Origin: an uncultured Bacteroidota bacterium
GTDB taxonomy: Bacteria > Bacteroidota > Bacteroidia > Flavobacteriales > Flavobacteriaceae
Length of the DNA: 64,000 nucleotides
Reading direction: 5' to 3'
Assembly (NCBI GenBank): GCA_902525795.1
Contig: CABZIT010000001.1
Span: 19,458 to 83,457, forward strand
This document shows positions 17,916-27,041 of the stretch, piece by piece. The translations under genes and the position numbers were made by a program. The notes beneath the pieces were generated by a model that ran no database searches, was not told the origin of the DNA, and worked only from the letters and a program-made list of their open reading frames with translations. Positions within the stretch are counted from its first letter, which is position 1. Every line of letters starts with the position of its first letter.

Positions 17916-19787
17916 ATGTTTAAAAAAGAATACGATGTAATTGTTGTTGGTGGTGGTCATGCGGGAAGCGAGGCGGCTGCAGCCTCTGCAAATCTTGGGG
18001 CGAGCACACTGCTTGTAACAATGAATTTGCAAACTATCGGCCAGATGTCGTGCAATCCTGCCATGGGCGGAATAGCTAAGGGTCAAATTGTACGTGAAAT
18101 TGACGCCTTGGGCGGATATAGCGCTATAGTTACCGACAGATCATCCATTCAATACAAAATGCTTAATCTATCAAAAGGCCCCGCCATGTGGAGCCCAAGG
18201 GCACAAAACGACAGGGCAATGTTTGCTCAGATTTGGAGAGAGATGTTGGAGTCTACCCCAAATTTAGATTTTTACCAAGACATGGTTAAATCACTTTGGA
18301 TTGAAAAAAATGCGCTTATTGGCGTTATTACAGGTCTTGGCCTTAAAATTAAATCTAAATCAGTTGTCCTTACAAACGGAACTTTTCTAAATGGTCTTAT
18401 TCATGTTGGGGACAAAAATTTTGGAGGAGGTAGGGCAGGAGAAAAAGCGGCAACAGGCATTACAGAGCAGCTTGTTTCATTGGGGTTTGAGTCAGGGAGG
18501 ATGAAAACAGGCACACCTCCAAGAGTTGACGGAAGATCTTTAAATTATAAAAAAATGATTGAGCAACCTGGCGACCAAAAACCTCAAAAGTTTTCTTATT
18601 TGTCCGAAACAAAACCATTAAGAAAACAGCTTTCTTGCCACATGACTTACACTAGCCAAACTGTTCATGATATGCTTAGAACAGGGTTTGATAGATCTCC
18701 AATGTTTAATGGAAGGATAAAGTCTGTTGGCCCCCGCTATTGCCCATCCATTGAGGACAAAATTCATAGGTTTTCAGAAAGAGAAAGACACCAGCTTTTT
18801 GTTGAGCCGGAGGGCTGGAACACCGTAGAAGTTTACGTAAACGGGTTTTCTACCTCACTTCCTGAAGATGTTCAATACAATGCATTAAGAGAGGTTGAGG
18901 GATTTGAAAATGTAAAATTCTTTAGACCAGGCTACGCGATTGAATACGACTATTTTGTTCCCACACAATTAAAATATTCTCTTGAAACAAAATTAATTGA
19001 TAATCTATTTTTTGCAGGCCAGATTAATGGCACAACTGGCTATGAGGAAGCAGGCTCCCAGGGCTTAATAGCGGGCATTAATGCAGTCCAAAAAATTAGA
19101 AAGAAGCCTCCTTTTGTTCTTAAAAGAGACCAAGCATATATAGGTGTTTTAATTGATGACCTAATAACAAAAGGAACCAAAGAGCCCTACAGAATGTTCA
19201 CATCAAGAGCGGAGTATAGAATGTTATTAAGACAGGACAATGCCGATCAACGACTCACCCCGCTTAGCTTTGCTTTAGGTCTTGCTAGTGAAAAAAGAAT
19301 GAAAGCTTGTGAAAGAAAAACACAAAAATCCTCTTCTTTGATACATTTTTTAAAAAATCAAAGCCTACCACCAAATAAAATTAACCCCATTTTGTCGTCA
19401 AAAAAATCTGCGATAATTAAGCAGTCATGTAAATCAGACAAAGTTTTGTCTAGACCAAAAATTAGTTTGAAAGAGTTACAAGAGGTGGAAGAAATAAAAG
19501 CGCATTTTTCTGCTAACAGCTATTCTAAAGAGGAATGTGATCAAGCAGAAATACAAATCAAATATAGAGGCTATATTGAAAAAGAAAAAGCAAATGCAGA
19601 CAAGCTAAATAGGCTTGAGTCAGTTAAAATTCCCAACAATTTTGAATATAAAAAAGTAAAATCAATCAGCGCGGAGGCACTCGAAAAATTATTGGAAGTT
19701 AAGCCTGAAACTATATCCCAAGCTTCTAGAATTAGCGGTGTTTCCCCTAACGACATTTCGGTTTTGCTGGTTTATATGGGCAGGTAA
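17916..19787 (+). CDS. mnmG: tRNA uridine 5-carboxymethylaminomethyl modification enzyme MnmG (GidA)
   Basis: FAD-binding YDVIVVGGGHAGSEAA, MSCNPAMGG.AKG, and a conserved C-terminal domain; 623 aa. Confidence 0.95.
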   Translation: MFKKEYDVIVVGGGHAGSEAAAASANLGASTLLVTMNLQTIGQMSCNPAMGGIAKGQIVREIDALGGYSAIVTDRSSIQYKMLNLSKGPAMWSPRAQNDRAMFAQIWREMLESTPNLDFYQDMVKSLWIEKNALIGVITGLGLKIKSKSVVLTNGTFLNGLIHVGDKNFGGGRAGEKAATGITEQLVSLGFESGRMKTGTPPRVDGRSLNYKKMIEQPGDQKPQKFSYLSETKPLRKQLSCHMTYTSQTVHDMLRTGFDRSPMFNGRIKSVGPRYCPSIEDKIHRFSERERHQLFVEPEGWNTVEVYVNGFSTSLPEDVQYNALREVEGFENVKFFRPGYAIEYDYFVPTQLKYSLETKLIDNLFFAGQINGTTGYEEAGSQGLIAGINAVQKIRKKPPFVLKRDQAYIGVLIDDLITKGTKEPYRMFTSRAEYRMLLRQDNADQRLTPLSFALGLASEKRMKACERKTQKSSSLIHFLKNQSLPPNKINPILSSKKSAIIKQSCKSDKVLSRPKISLKELQEVEEIKAHFSANSYSKEECDQAEIQIKYRGYIEKEKANADKLNRLESVKIPNNFEYKKVKSISAEALEKLLEVKPETISQASRISGVSPNDISVLLVYMGR

Positions 19788-20621
19788 ATGTTTCACGTGG
19801 AACAACAGCAAACACATATCAAAACAAAAGACTTTTTAGTCTCAAATGAAGAGTTTTTTATAACAAATACATCTGATCCTGGGCTTTTGAAAACTCTGCC
19901 AAGTCCACCAAAAAATAAAATATACAAATATTATAAGTCCGATAAATATACATCTCACCATTCTCAAAACACCTCAATATTTAACTTTATTTACAGGCTT
20001 TCTAGGAAATTAAATTTCTTATTCAAAAAAAGGCATTTAAACTTAAAAAGCTGCAAAAATTTATTGGATTTTGGGTCTGGAGACGGATTTTTTATTCATA
20101 ATATTTTCAAATCGAATATTCGTGTTTTTGGAGTTGAGCCAATCTTTCCAACAAGTTGCATAAATGTATATAAGCAGCTTTCTGATGTTCATAAAAAAGG
20201 ACAACTATTTAGCACTATTACGGCATGGCACACCCTAGAACATGTGCATAACATTAATCAGACATCACAAATGCTTGTTGATTTGTTGGAGGAAAAAGGA
20301 AGGTTGGTTGTCGCTGTCCCCAACTACGAATCTTATGATGCTGTATTTTATAAGTCCTTTTGGGCTGGTTATGACACTCCTAGACATTTGTGGCATTTAA
20401 ATCAAAAAGCTGTTATTAATATGTTTGCTAAAAGAGGCTTGACCTTTCGCTATTCAAAGCCAATGTTGCTTGATGCTTTTTACGTTTCTTACTTGTCTGA
20501 AATAAATAAAAAATCTAGACTGCCAATATTGCGCGCTTTCCTTATCGCCTTTTTTTCAAATTCAAAAGCATTATTTACAAACCAATATTCCTCAAACTTG
20601 TTTGTTTTTGAAAAAAACTAA
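19788..20621 (+). CDS. Class I SAM-dependent methyltransferase
   Basis: Motif I LLDFGSGDGFF, with a downstream acidic loop and AWHTLEHV. The first six codons (MFHVEQ) are encoded by the parS site. Confidence 0.75.
   Translation: MFHVEQQQTHIKTKDFLVSNEEFFITNTSDPGLLKTLPSPPKNKIYKYYKSDKYTSHHSQNTSIFNFIYRLSRKLNFLFKKRHLNLKSCKNLLDFGSGDGFFIHNIFKSNIRVFGVEPIFPTSCINVYKQLSDVHKKGQLFSTITAWHTLEHVHNINQTSQMLVDLLEEKGRLVVAVPNYESYDAVFYKSFWAGYDTPRHLWHLNQKAVINMFAKRGLTFRYSKPMLLDAFYVSYLSEINKKSRLPILRAFLIAFFSNSKALFTNQYSSNLFVFEKN
19789..19804. other. Perfect parS centromere site
   Basis: TGTTTCACGTGGAACA is the exact reverse complement of the Bacillus subtilis-type parS TGTTCCACGTGAAACA. It starts at base 2 of the ATG following the mnmG stop codon. 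Confidence 0.85.
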
Positions 20622-21532
20622 CAAATATGGGTAATTTGTTTTTTTAGCACAAAAAACGTCAAATTTCCACTGCCGAAAATTTCGCCATCCCCATGACACG
20701 TTAAAGAGCCGCTTTTAGGAGCTATTTTAATTTTACTGCGTACTACAGTCAAAACTTTCGGATCGTTAAAAATAGAGCCATTAAAAAGATTAAAAAAATT
20801 TTTAATTATGTCTATTTTAGTAAAGTCGTGTGCTATTGTTAAATTCAGAAGGCCATTGTTGCCTGCGGGGTTTTTAATTATTTGCATTCCGCCGCCGGTA
20901 TATTTTGAAACACCTACACCGCACAAAAAGACACTTTTTGACAAACTAAGTTTTTCTCCTTTAATCCAGACCTTTGTGTTTTTGTAAAACCAAAAGTTTG
21001 CTATTGAGCACGCTAAATAAGCATATTTTCCCAGCCATTTATATGGCCTTAACCTGTTTAGCATAAACGCATCAAAACCCACACCAGAATAGGAAATAAA
21101 GTACCTCTTTTTTATTTTTCTTTTATTCTTAATTACAACAACGCCAAGATCTCTTTTTTTGGTTTTCCCTTCCTTTATTTTTTTTATCGCCCTTTTTATG
21201 TTTAAGGGAACCCTAATCGCCTTAGCCCAGTCATTTCCTGTGCCTAATGGGACTATTCCAATAACAATTTTTTTTGGATCACAGACTTTTTGAATCTGAA
21301 TACCCGCAATAATTTTTTGAATAGTCCCATCCCCGCCAACACAAATAAATTTCCTAAAACCCTTTTTTACCGCCCTCTCAACAATATTTATCTCATCTCC
21401 AGCACTTCGTGTTTTGTAACACGAAAAGTTTATTTTTTCCGAATTAAGAAGACGCTTTATAATTGAAGTTTTTTTCTTTGTAGCACCTGCCCTAGATTGT
21501 GGGTTTATTATTACCGCCCAACCTTTATTCAA
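20618..21532 (-). CDS. Diacylglycerol-kinase-family lipid kinase (YegS/BmrU-like)
   Basis: DAGK catalytic-domain motifs: FICVGGDGTIQKII and GIVPLGTGNDWAK. Confidence 0.8.
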   Translation of the reverse strand: MNKGWAVIINPQSRAGATKKKTSIIKRLLNSEKINFSCYKTRSAGDEINIVERAVKKGFRKFICVGGDGTIQKIIAGIQIQKVCDPKKIVIGIVPLGTGNDWAKAIRVPLNIKRAIKKIKEGKTKKRDLGVVVIKNKRKIKKRYFISYSGVGFDAFMLNRLRPYKWLGKYAYLACSIANFWFYKNTKVWIKGEKLSLSKSVFLCGVGVSKYTGGGMQIIKNPAGNNGLLNLTIAHDFTKIDIIKNFFNLFNGSIFNDPKVLTVVRSKIKIAPKSGSLTCHGDGEIFGSGNLTFFVLKKQITHIC

Positions 21533-22550
21533 CTTGCGAAGTTTTTCTGTGAAGCAGCCTTGTTAGTTCTATGGAGATATCAGTAAATATAATTTTTGGG
21601 TTTCCGTTTCTTCCAATATCCTCATATGCTTTTTGAAGGACTTGGTAAAAGCCGTTAATATTCAGTTCATTTATAAGGGAAGCAAATTTTTTTAAGTCTA
21701 GCTCATTAGTATATTTTTTGGAGCTGTCTTCGCTTTTTGTTCTGTAGTGTAGGCTGTCTCTAAAAATTTCACTACAGTATGATAGAAATGCTCTTTGCTC
21801 TTCTCGGGTTTCTTTGCTAATTGATTCAGAGAAGGCTAGCAGGTCATTTATTGCTCTTTTATCTTTTTTGGCTTTGAAAGCTGCTCTTAGCCATTTAACA
21901 AATTGATTATCAAAGCGTTGTGCAAGTTTGCTTACGTCAAGACTTTGTGATGAATTCAAGTTTATTTTTTGACACCTTGAAGAAATGGTTTCCAGTAGAG
22001 CATGTTCACTCTCACAACATAATATAAATACAGTTTTTTCAGGAGGTTCTTCTAAAAGCTTTAAAAGTTTATTGGAAGCACTAATATTTATTTTCTCTGC
22101 CATCCATATGACAAACATTTTTGGACCACCTTGAAAGGACTTTAGCGCTGATAACTTCGATATTTTTTCAGCTTCACCATTGTTGATAACACCTTGCTTA
22201 TTGCCCAGGCCGATTTCTAAGTACCATTCACTTAAAGATAAGTTTTTACCTTTTTTCAGAAACGCTCGCCACTCTTCTATAAAGTCGGATGAAGAAGCTT
22301 TTTTAACTTTGGAAGTGGAGTTAGTGGGATAAAAGAAATGTACATCAGGATGTGCAATTCTATCCAATGCTTCAATTGCAGTCTTTTGATCGTGTAGGCC
22401 AAGTCCTGAAAATGAGCTGTTAAAAATTTCACGAATAACGGTTAATGCGGCATGTGCAGTCTCTAAGCCACTTCCTATAATCATGTAAGTAGAAGCGGTT
22501 CTGCCCGCAGAGATATTTTCACATGACTTTTGTAACTGAGATAGTGCCAT
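21525..22550 (-). CDS. holB: DNA polymerase III delta'-like clamp-loader subunit (degenerate ATPase)
   Basis: AAA+ clamp-loader layout: FVIWMAEKINISASNKLLKLLEEPPEKTVFILCCE (sensor-1/SRC-like region) and ETISSRCQKI. The Walker-A position reads GSGLETAH, with no Lys. The start is set at the ATG at 22550; see findings for why the track start 22733 is rejected. Confidence 0.65.
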   Translation of the reverse strand: MALSQLQKSCENISAGRTASTYMIIGSGLETAHAALTVIREIFNSSFSGLGLHDQKTAIEALDRIAHPDVHFFYPTNSTSKVKKASSSDFIEEWRAFLKKGKNLSLSEWYLEIGLGNKQGVINNGEAEKISKLSALKSFQGGPKMFVIWMAEKINISASNKLLKLLEEPPEKTVFILCCESEHALLETISSRCQKINLNSSQSLDVSKLAQRFDNQFVKWLRAAFKAKKDKRAINDLLAFSESISKETREEQRAFLSYCSEIFRDSLHYRTKSEDSSKKYTNELDLKKFASLINELNINGFYQVLQKAYEDIGRNGNPKIIFTDISIELTRLLHRKTSQVE

Positions 22551-22580
22551 TCCGGATTGTTCAAAACAAAGATAAAGAAT

Positions 22581-22588
22581 TATATTTG
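22581..22588 (+). promoter_or_regulatory. Candidate -7 promoter box (TATATTTG) for pgk
   Basis: Matches TAnnTTTG, 18 nt upstream of the pgk ATG at 22606. Confidence 0.35.
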
Positions 22589-22605
22589 CCACAGAAATCA
22601 TAAGC

Positions 22606-23784
22606 ATGACCCCTATTAAAGACATTTCATTTATTAATAAAAAAGCATTGATAAGAGTCGATTTTAATGTTCCATTTAATGGCGATAGTATCTCTGATAA
22701 TTCAAGGATTTTAGCTGCAATTCCAACCATCAACTATATACTAGAAAATGGCGGTTCTTGCATTGTGATGTCACATCTTGGAAGGCCCAAAAAAAGGGAC
22801 AAAAAGCTTTCATTATTAAGGATTAAACAGGAACTAGAAAGGCTTTTAGACCTAGTTGTTTTTTTTGTGGAAGATTGTATCGGGCCAGAGGTTAAGAAGG
22901 CTTCAGAAACCTTGAAGCCAGGACAAGTTTTATTGTTAGAGAATTTAAGGTTTTATAAAGAGGAGGTGGCTGGAGATGAAAAATTTGCTAAAAAACTTTC
23001 ATCTTTAGCAGATATCTATATTAATGATGCTTATGGAACAACACATCGGGCTCATGCGTCCACAAGTACAATTGCAAAATACTTTACAGAAAAATCACCT
23101 GGGTTGTTGTTGGAAAAAGAAATTTTGTGCTTAAAAAAAGTCTTGGAGTCTCCTAAGAAACCGGTAACTGCTATAGTTGGAGGCGCTAAAGTCTCATCAA
23201 AAATCTCTATTATAGCAAATATGCTTAAAGTTATAGACAATCTTATTATTGGAGGAGGTATGGCTTATACATTTATTTTGAGCTCTGGAGGAAAAATAGG
23301 AGACTCAATTTGTGAACCAGAAAGTTTAGGGGACTGTCAGGAGATAATAGATCAGGCAAAAGAAAAGAATGTTAAAATATTTTTACCCATAGATGTTATT
23401 GTTTCCCAAAGTTTTTCCAACAACGATAAACAAAAAGAAGTTGATATACAAAATATTCCTGATGGTTGGCAAGGCCTTGACATTGGCACAAAAACAAGAA
23501 AAAAGTTTGCTGAAGTAATTAAACAAAGCAACACAATTTTGTGGAATGGCCCCATGGGTGTATTTGAAATGTCATCTTTTCAGAGCGGTACAAAAGCTGT
23601 TGCTAATGCCGTGGCTGTAGCCACTAAAAAAGGTTCTTTTTCCTTGGTAGGCGGAGGGGACTCTGTAGCAGCTGTAAAGAAATTTAACCTTAAAGATAAA
23701 ATAAGTTTTATAAGCACAGGAGGGGGGGCCATGCTGGAAAGTTTAGAAGGGAAAGTGTTACCTGGAATTAAAGCCCTGCAATGA
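22606..23784 (+). CDS. pgk: Phosphoglycerate kinase
   Basis: ALIRVDFNVP, ILENLRFYKEE, AHRAHAST-like (THRAHAST) and GGGDS motifs; 392 aa. Confidence 0.95.
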   Translation: MTPIKDISFINKKALIRVDFNVPFNGDSISDNSRILAAIPTINYILENGGSCIVMSHLGRPKKRDKKLSLLRIKQELERLLDLVVFFVEDCIGPEVKKASETLKPGQVLLLENLRFYKEEVAGDEKFAKKLSSLADIYINDAYGTTHRAHASTSTIAKYFTEKSPGLLLEKEILCLKKVLESPKKPVTAIVGGAKVSSKISIIANMLKVIDNLIIGGGMAYTFILSSGGKIGDSICEPESLGDCQEIIDQAKEKNVKIFLPIDVIVSQSFSNNDKQKEVDIQNIPDGWQGLDIGTKTRKKFAEVIKQSNTILWNGPMGVFEMSSFQSGTKAVANAVAVATKKGSFSLVGGGDSVAAVKKFNLKDKISFISTGGGAMLESLEGKVLPGIKALQ

Positions 23785-24920
23785 TTCAGAATGTATTAAA
23801 TTTTTGTTTTTTTGTTTTGTTTTTCCAAAGCATTATATTTTGTCAAACTCACTTTGAAGAGCACAGCTTTGACAGGGACACCATACAAGAGAGGTTTAAA
23901 AAACTGAACCAAAAGACATTAATTGAGTTGTATTATAACGAAGAGGTTGAAAAAAAAATTATTCAACAACTAACACATAAATCAAACTTTTATAATAAAA
24001 ACAAATGGAGCTTAGAGCTCTACTTACCGCTATTTCACGAAAAGCTGTCTAATGAAAAGCTTCCTGTTGAACTTAAATACCTGCCAATTGTTGAGTCAAA
24101 CCTAAGTCCTACTGCAACATCAAAAGTTGGCGCTACAGGTCTATGGCAACTTATGTTTTATACAGCAGTTGAAAATGGCTTGGTTATGAATAGTTATGTT
24201 GATGAGCGAATGGACCCAGTCAAATCGACAACGGCAGCGGTACGATATTTAAAAAAACTATATGATATTCACAAGGACTGGGACTTAGCAGTTGCTTCTT
24301 ACAACGCAGGACCAAGAACAATCTCAAAAGCAATTCAACGATCAGGAGGTTATCAAAATTACTGGAATATTAGGCCATTCCTTCCAAAAGAAACCGCAAA
24401 CTATATTCCATCTTTTTTTGCTACAATATATGTCTTAGAGTATGCAAAAGAGCATGGGATAAACATTGATAATAATTCTAACTACTTTTTCAAAACAGAC
24501 TCTGTATTGATAACACAAAAGGTTTCTATGCATCAAATTTCTGAGGCTTTAAACATTTCTGAGGATAAACTTGTTGACCTTAATCCATCTTATGTTCATA
24601 AAATCATCCCCGTTGTTGCAGGCCAGGAAAACTACATATATATTCCAGACAGCCTAAGCTCAAAGTTTTTAGAAAGCGAAAAAGATATTTATGAGCTAGC
24701 AACAAGAGAGTTTGAATTAAGAGAAAAACCTTTACCTAGTCTCTTTTCCATAAATTCTAAACTAGTTTACAAGATAAAATATGGAGATTTTCTTGGTAAA
24801 ATAGCCAATAGGTTTGGAGTTACAGTTTCACAAATAAAAAAATGGAACAACTTAACTACAGATCAGATTAGGGAAAATCAAAAGATTATAATTTTTCCAA
24901 AAAAAATCCCAAAGAATTAA
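23781..24920 (+). CDS. Lytic transglycosylase (SLT domain, MltD-like) with C-terminal LysM
   Basis: Catalytic region LPIVESNLSP...SKVGATGLWQLM and AYNAGP. The C-terminal LysM repeat is YKIKYGDFLGKIANRFGVTVSQIKKWNNL. ATGA overlap with pgk. Confidence 0.8.
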   Translation: MIQNVLNFCFFVLFFQSIIFCQTHFEEHSFDRDTIQERFKKLNQKTLIELYYNEEVEKKIIQQLTHKSNFYNKNKWSLELYLPLFHEKLSNEKLPVELKYLPIVESNLSPTATSKVGATGLWQLMFYTAVENGLVMNSYVDERMDPVKSTTAAVRYLKKLYDIHKDWDLAVASYNAGPRTISKAIQRSGGYQNYWNIRPFLPKETANYIPSFFATIYVLEYAKEHGINIDNNSNYFFKTDSVLITQKVSMHQISEALNISEDKLVDLNPSYVHKIIPVVAGQENYIYIPDSLSSKFLESEKDIYELATREFELREKPLPSLFSINSKLVYKIKYGDFLGKIANRFGVTVSQIKKWNNLTTDQIRENQKIIIFPKKIPKN

Positions 24921-24936
24921 ATTTTATTTTTGAATT

Positions 24937-25890
24937 ATGAATAATCAATTTGTTTTTTTTACTTTTTTAATTCTTATTTTTTCATGCAAAGAAAACAATT
25001 CTGAGTTGTTATTGCCTGAGTCTAATGGAACAATTAATTCAATTTCAGTTGTTATAGACGATGATCTATGGGATTCCGAAATCGGGGATTTAATAAGAAA
25101 AGAGTTTGCTTACCCAATTTACGGATTGCCACAAATGGAGCCTATTTTTGATTTAAAGCAAATTCCAACCTCTGTTTTTTCGGGTTTTGCGACAAATTCG
25201 CGATCTATTTTAAAAGTAGGGCTTTCAAGTAAAGAAAGGTTCGCAACTTATAAAAATAAATATGCAAAACCACAGTTAATTGTTGACTTAGGTTCGGTAA
25301 GTCTACAAAAATTAATGAAACAAATTTCTAGCAGCAAGGATAAAGCATTATCTAAATTTTATGCTCATGAAATAGCTGAAAAACAAAGAAGAGTGCTAAA
25401 AAGCAAAAATCCAACAAAATTAATTAAAGAAAAGTTTGGGTTTGACATCTTGTTTTCGTCATCTTACCGGGTTGCTAAATCCTCAGATGATTTTTTGTGG
25501 TTCAGAAGAGATACCGAGCAGGGCAGTGTAAATTTTTATATTTCTAAAATTAAAAACAAAAATAAACCAAATATCAACTTAATAAGAGACTCTATTTCTA
25601 AAAAATTTATTCCCGGACCAATTGAAAAAACACATATGTCCACAGACCAAGGATATATCCCCAAGTCAAAAGAGTTTCAATTAACTGAAAGCTTGAAACT
25701 AACAGAAACTCGTGGAATATGGGAAGTTAAAAATCAGTTTATGGCGGGGCCGTTTATAAATCACACGGTTGCTCACAAAAACAACCCAGAAGAGCTTTAT
25801 ATATTAGAGGGATTTGTTTATTCTCCAGGCACAACAAAAAGAGACTATATTTTTGAACTTGAAGCTATTTTTAAATCAATTAAGTTTTAA
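24937..25890 (+). CDS. DUF4837-family lipoprotein
   Basis: Lipobox (LILIFSC). The segment VVIDDDLWDSEIGDLIRKEFAYPIYGLPQMEPIFDLKQIP resembles the DUF4837 family as I recall it. Function unknown. Confidence 0.55.
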   Translation: MNNQFVFFTFLILIFSCKENNSELLLPESNGTINSISVVIDDDLWDSEIGDLIRKEFAYPIYGLPQMEPIFDLKQIPTSVFSGFATNSRSILKVGLSSKERFATYKNKYAKPQLIVDLGSVSLQKLMKQISSSKDKALSKFYAHEIAEKQRRVLKSKNPTKLIKEKFGFDILFSSSYRVAKSSDDFLWFRRDTEQGSVNFYISKIKNKNKPNINLIRDSISKKFIPGPIEKTHMSTDQGYIPKSKEFQLTESLKLTETRGIWEVKNQFMAGPFINHTVAHKNNPEELYILEGFVYSPGTTKRDYIFELEAIFKSIKF

Positions 25891-26069
25891 TCTTTTTCTT
25901 CTTGCTCTTCATCGTCTTTAAGAGCCTTCTTAAACTCTTTGATTCCTTTTCCGGTGCCACGCATTAATTCAGCAATTTTTTTACCACCTCCAAATAGAAT
26001 GAGAGCGGCTATGACTATAATAACGATTGAGCCTGGACTTAGTGCATTGGGTAAAAAATATAGAAGCAT
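25887..26069 (-). CDS. tatA: Twin-arginine translocase subunit TatA/E
   Basis: A 60-aa protein with a single TM (IVIIVIAALILFGG.K), an amphipathic helix (IAELMRGTGKGIKEFKKAL) and an acidic tail. Confidence 0.85.
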   Translation of the reverse strand: MLLYFLPNALSPGSIVIIVIAALILFGGGKKIAELMRGTGKGIKEFKKALKDDEEQEEKD

Positions 26070-26172
26070 TTCAATTAATTTTTAACAAAGTTAGCAATTA
26101 TGATTTTAATCCAATTAAATCGATTCAAAATTCTTGTAAACACATTAAGTATTTTGAGTATTTTTGAATATT

Positions 26173-27039
26173 ATGAGTAATACATCTAAGGAGTCTGTTA
26201 AGAAGAAAAAGTCTCTACAAAAATATAAAGTCATTGTTTCTGATGAGGAAACCTTTGAGGAAATCATTTCTTTAAAAACGAACAATTTTCAGCTTTTTCT
26301 AATCGCTTTTCTCTACACGATTTTAGTTATAATATTTTCAACAACTATTATTTTTTTCACACAGGTTAGGGAGTATGTCCCAGGATACCCATCAACAGAC
26401 TTGCTTCTCGCAGCTGCAAAAATTACCGTTAAAGCGGACTCATTGGAAAGAGAGCTTGCGCTAAATGACCAGTTTTTCAATGCAATAGAGAGCGTTTTAA
26501 GAGGCGATTCAAAAGAAACCGCACAAAGATTACAAGAAGACTCATTGATTCAAAACGATTTTAAAAATGCGAAAATAGTTGCCACTATTCCACAAGACTC
26601 TATTCTGAGAGCCTATATTGATAATGAAGATAAGTTTAACTTAACACGAAACCAACTCTTAATCGATTCAAAAAGCTATTACTCACCTGTTAAGGGAGTT
26701 GTCACAGACGGTTTTGATATTGAAAACAATCATTTTGCTGTAGATGTTTCTGTGGATATCGGGACACCTGTTAAAGCAATTTTAGCAGGAACTGTTTTGT
26801 TTTCAGAGTGGTCTGTTGAAACAGGACATGTTATATTGTTGGATCATGGAGAAAACTTGATTTCCGTTTATAAACACAATTCTAAGACTTTAAAGTCACA
26901 AAATGAGAATGTTAAAGCAGGAGAAGTAATTGCTTTTTCAGGTGAAGAGGGCGTCCTTAGCTCTGGCCCTCATTTACATTTTGAAATATGGAAGAACGGA
27001 CTGCCTATAGATCCAGAAGCAATATTATCTTTTGAATAA
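26173..27039 (+). CDS. M23-family peptidoglycan metalloendopeptidase (catalytically intact)
   Basis: N-terminal TM; LytM domain with HFAVDV (HxxxD) and GPHLHFEIWKNG (HxH). An ATG at 26173 is preferred over the TTG at 26164. Confidence 0.85.
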   Translation: MSNTSKESVKKKKSLQKYKVIVSDEETFEEIISLKTNNFQLFLIAFLYTILVIIFSTTIIFFTQVREYVPGYPSTDLLLAAAKITVKADSLERELALNDQFFNAIESVLRGDSKETAQRLQEDSLIQNDFKNAKIVATIPQDSILRAYIDNEDKFNLTRNQLLIDSKSYYSPVKGVVTDGFDIENNHFAVDVSVDIGTPVKAILAGTVLFSEWSVETGHVILLDHGENLISVYKHNSKTLKSQNENVKAGEVIAFSGEEGVLSSGPHLHFEIWKNGLPIDPEAILSFE

Positions 27040-27041
27040 TT

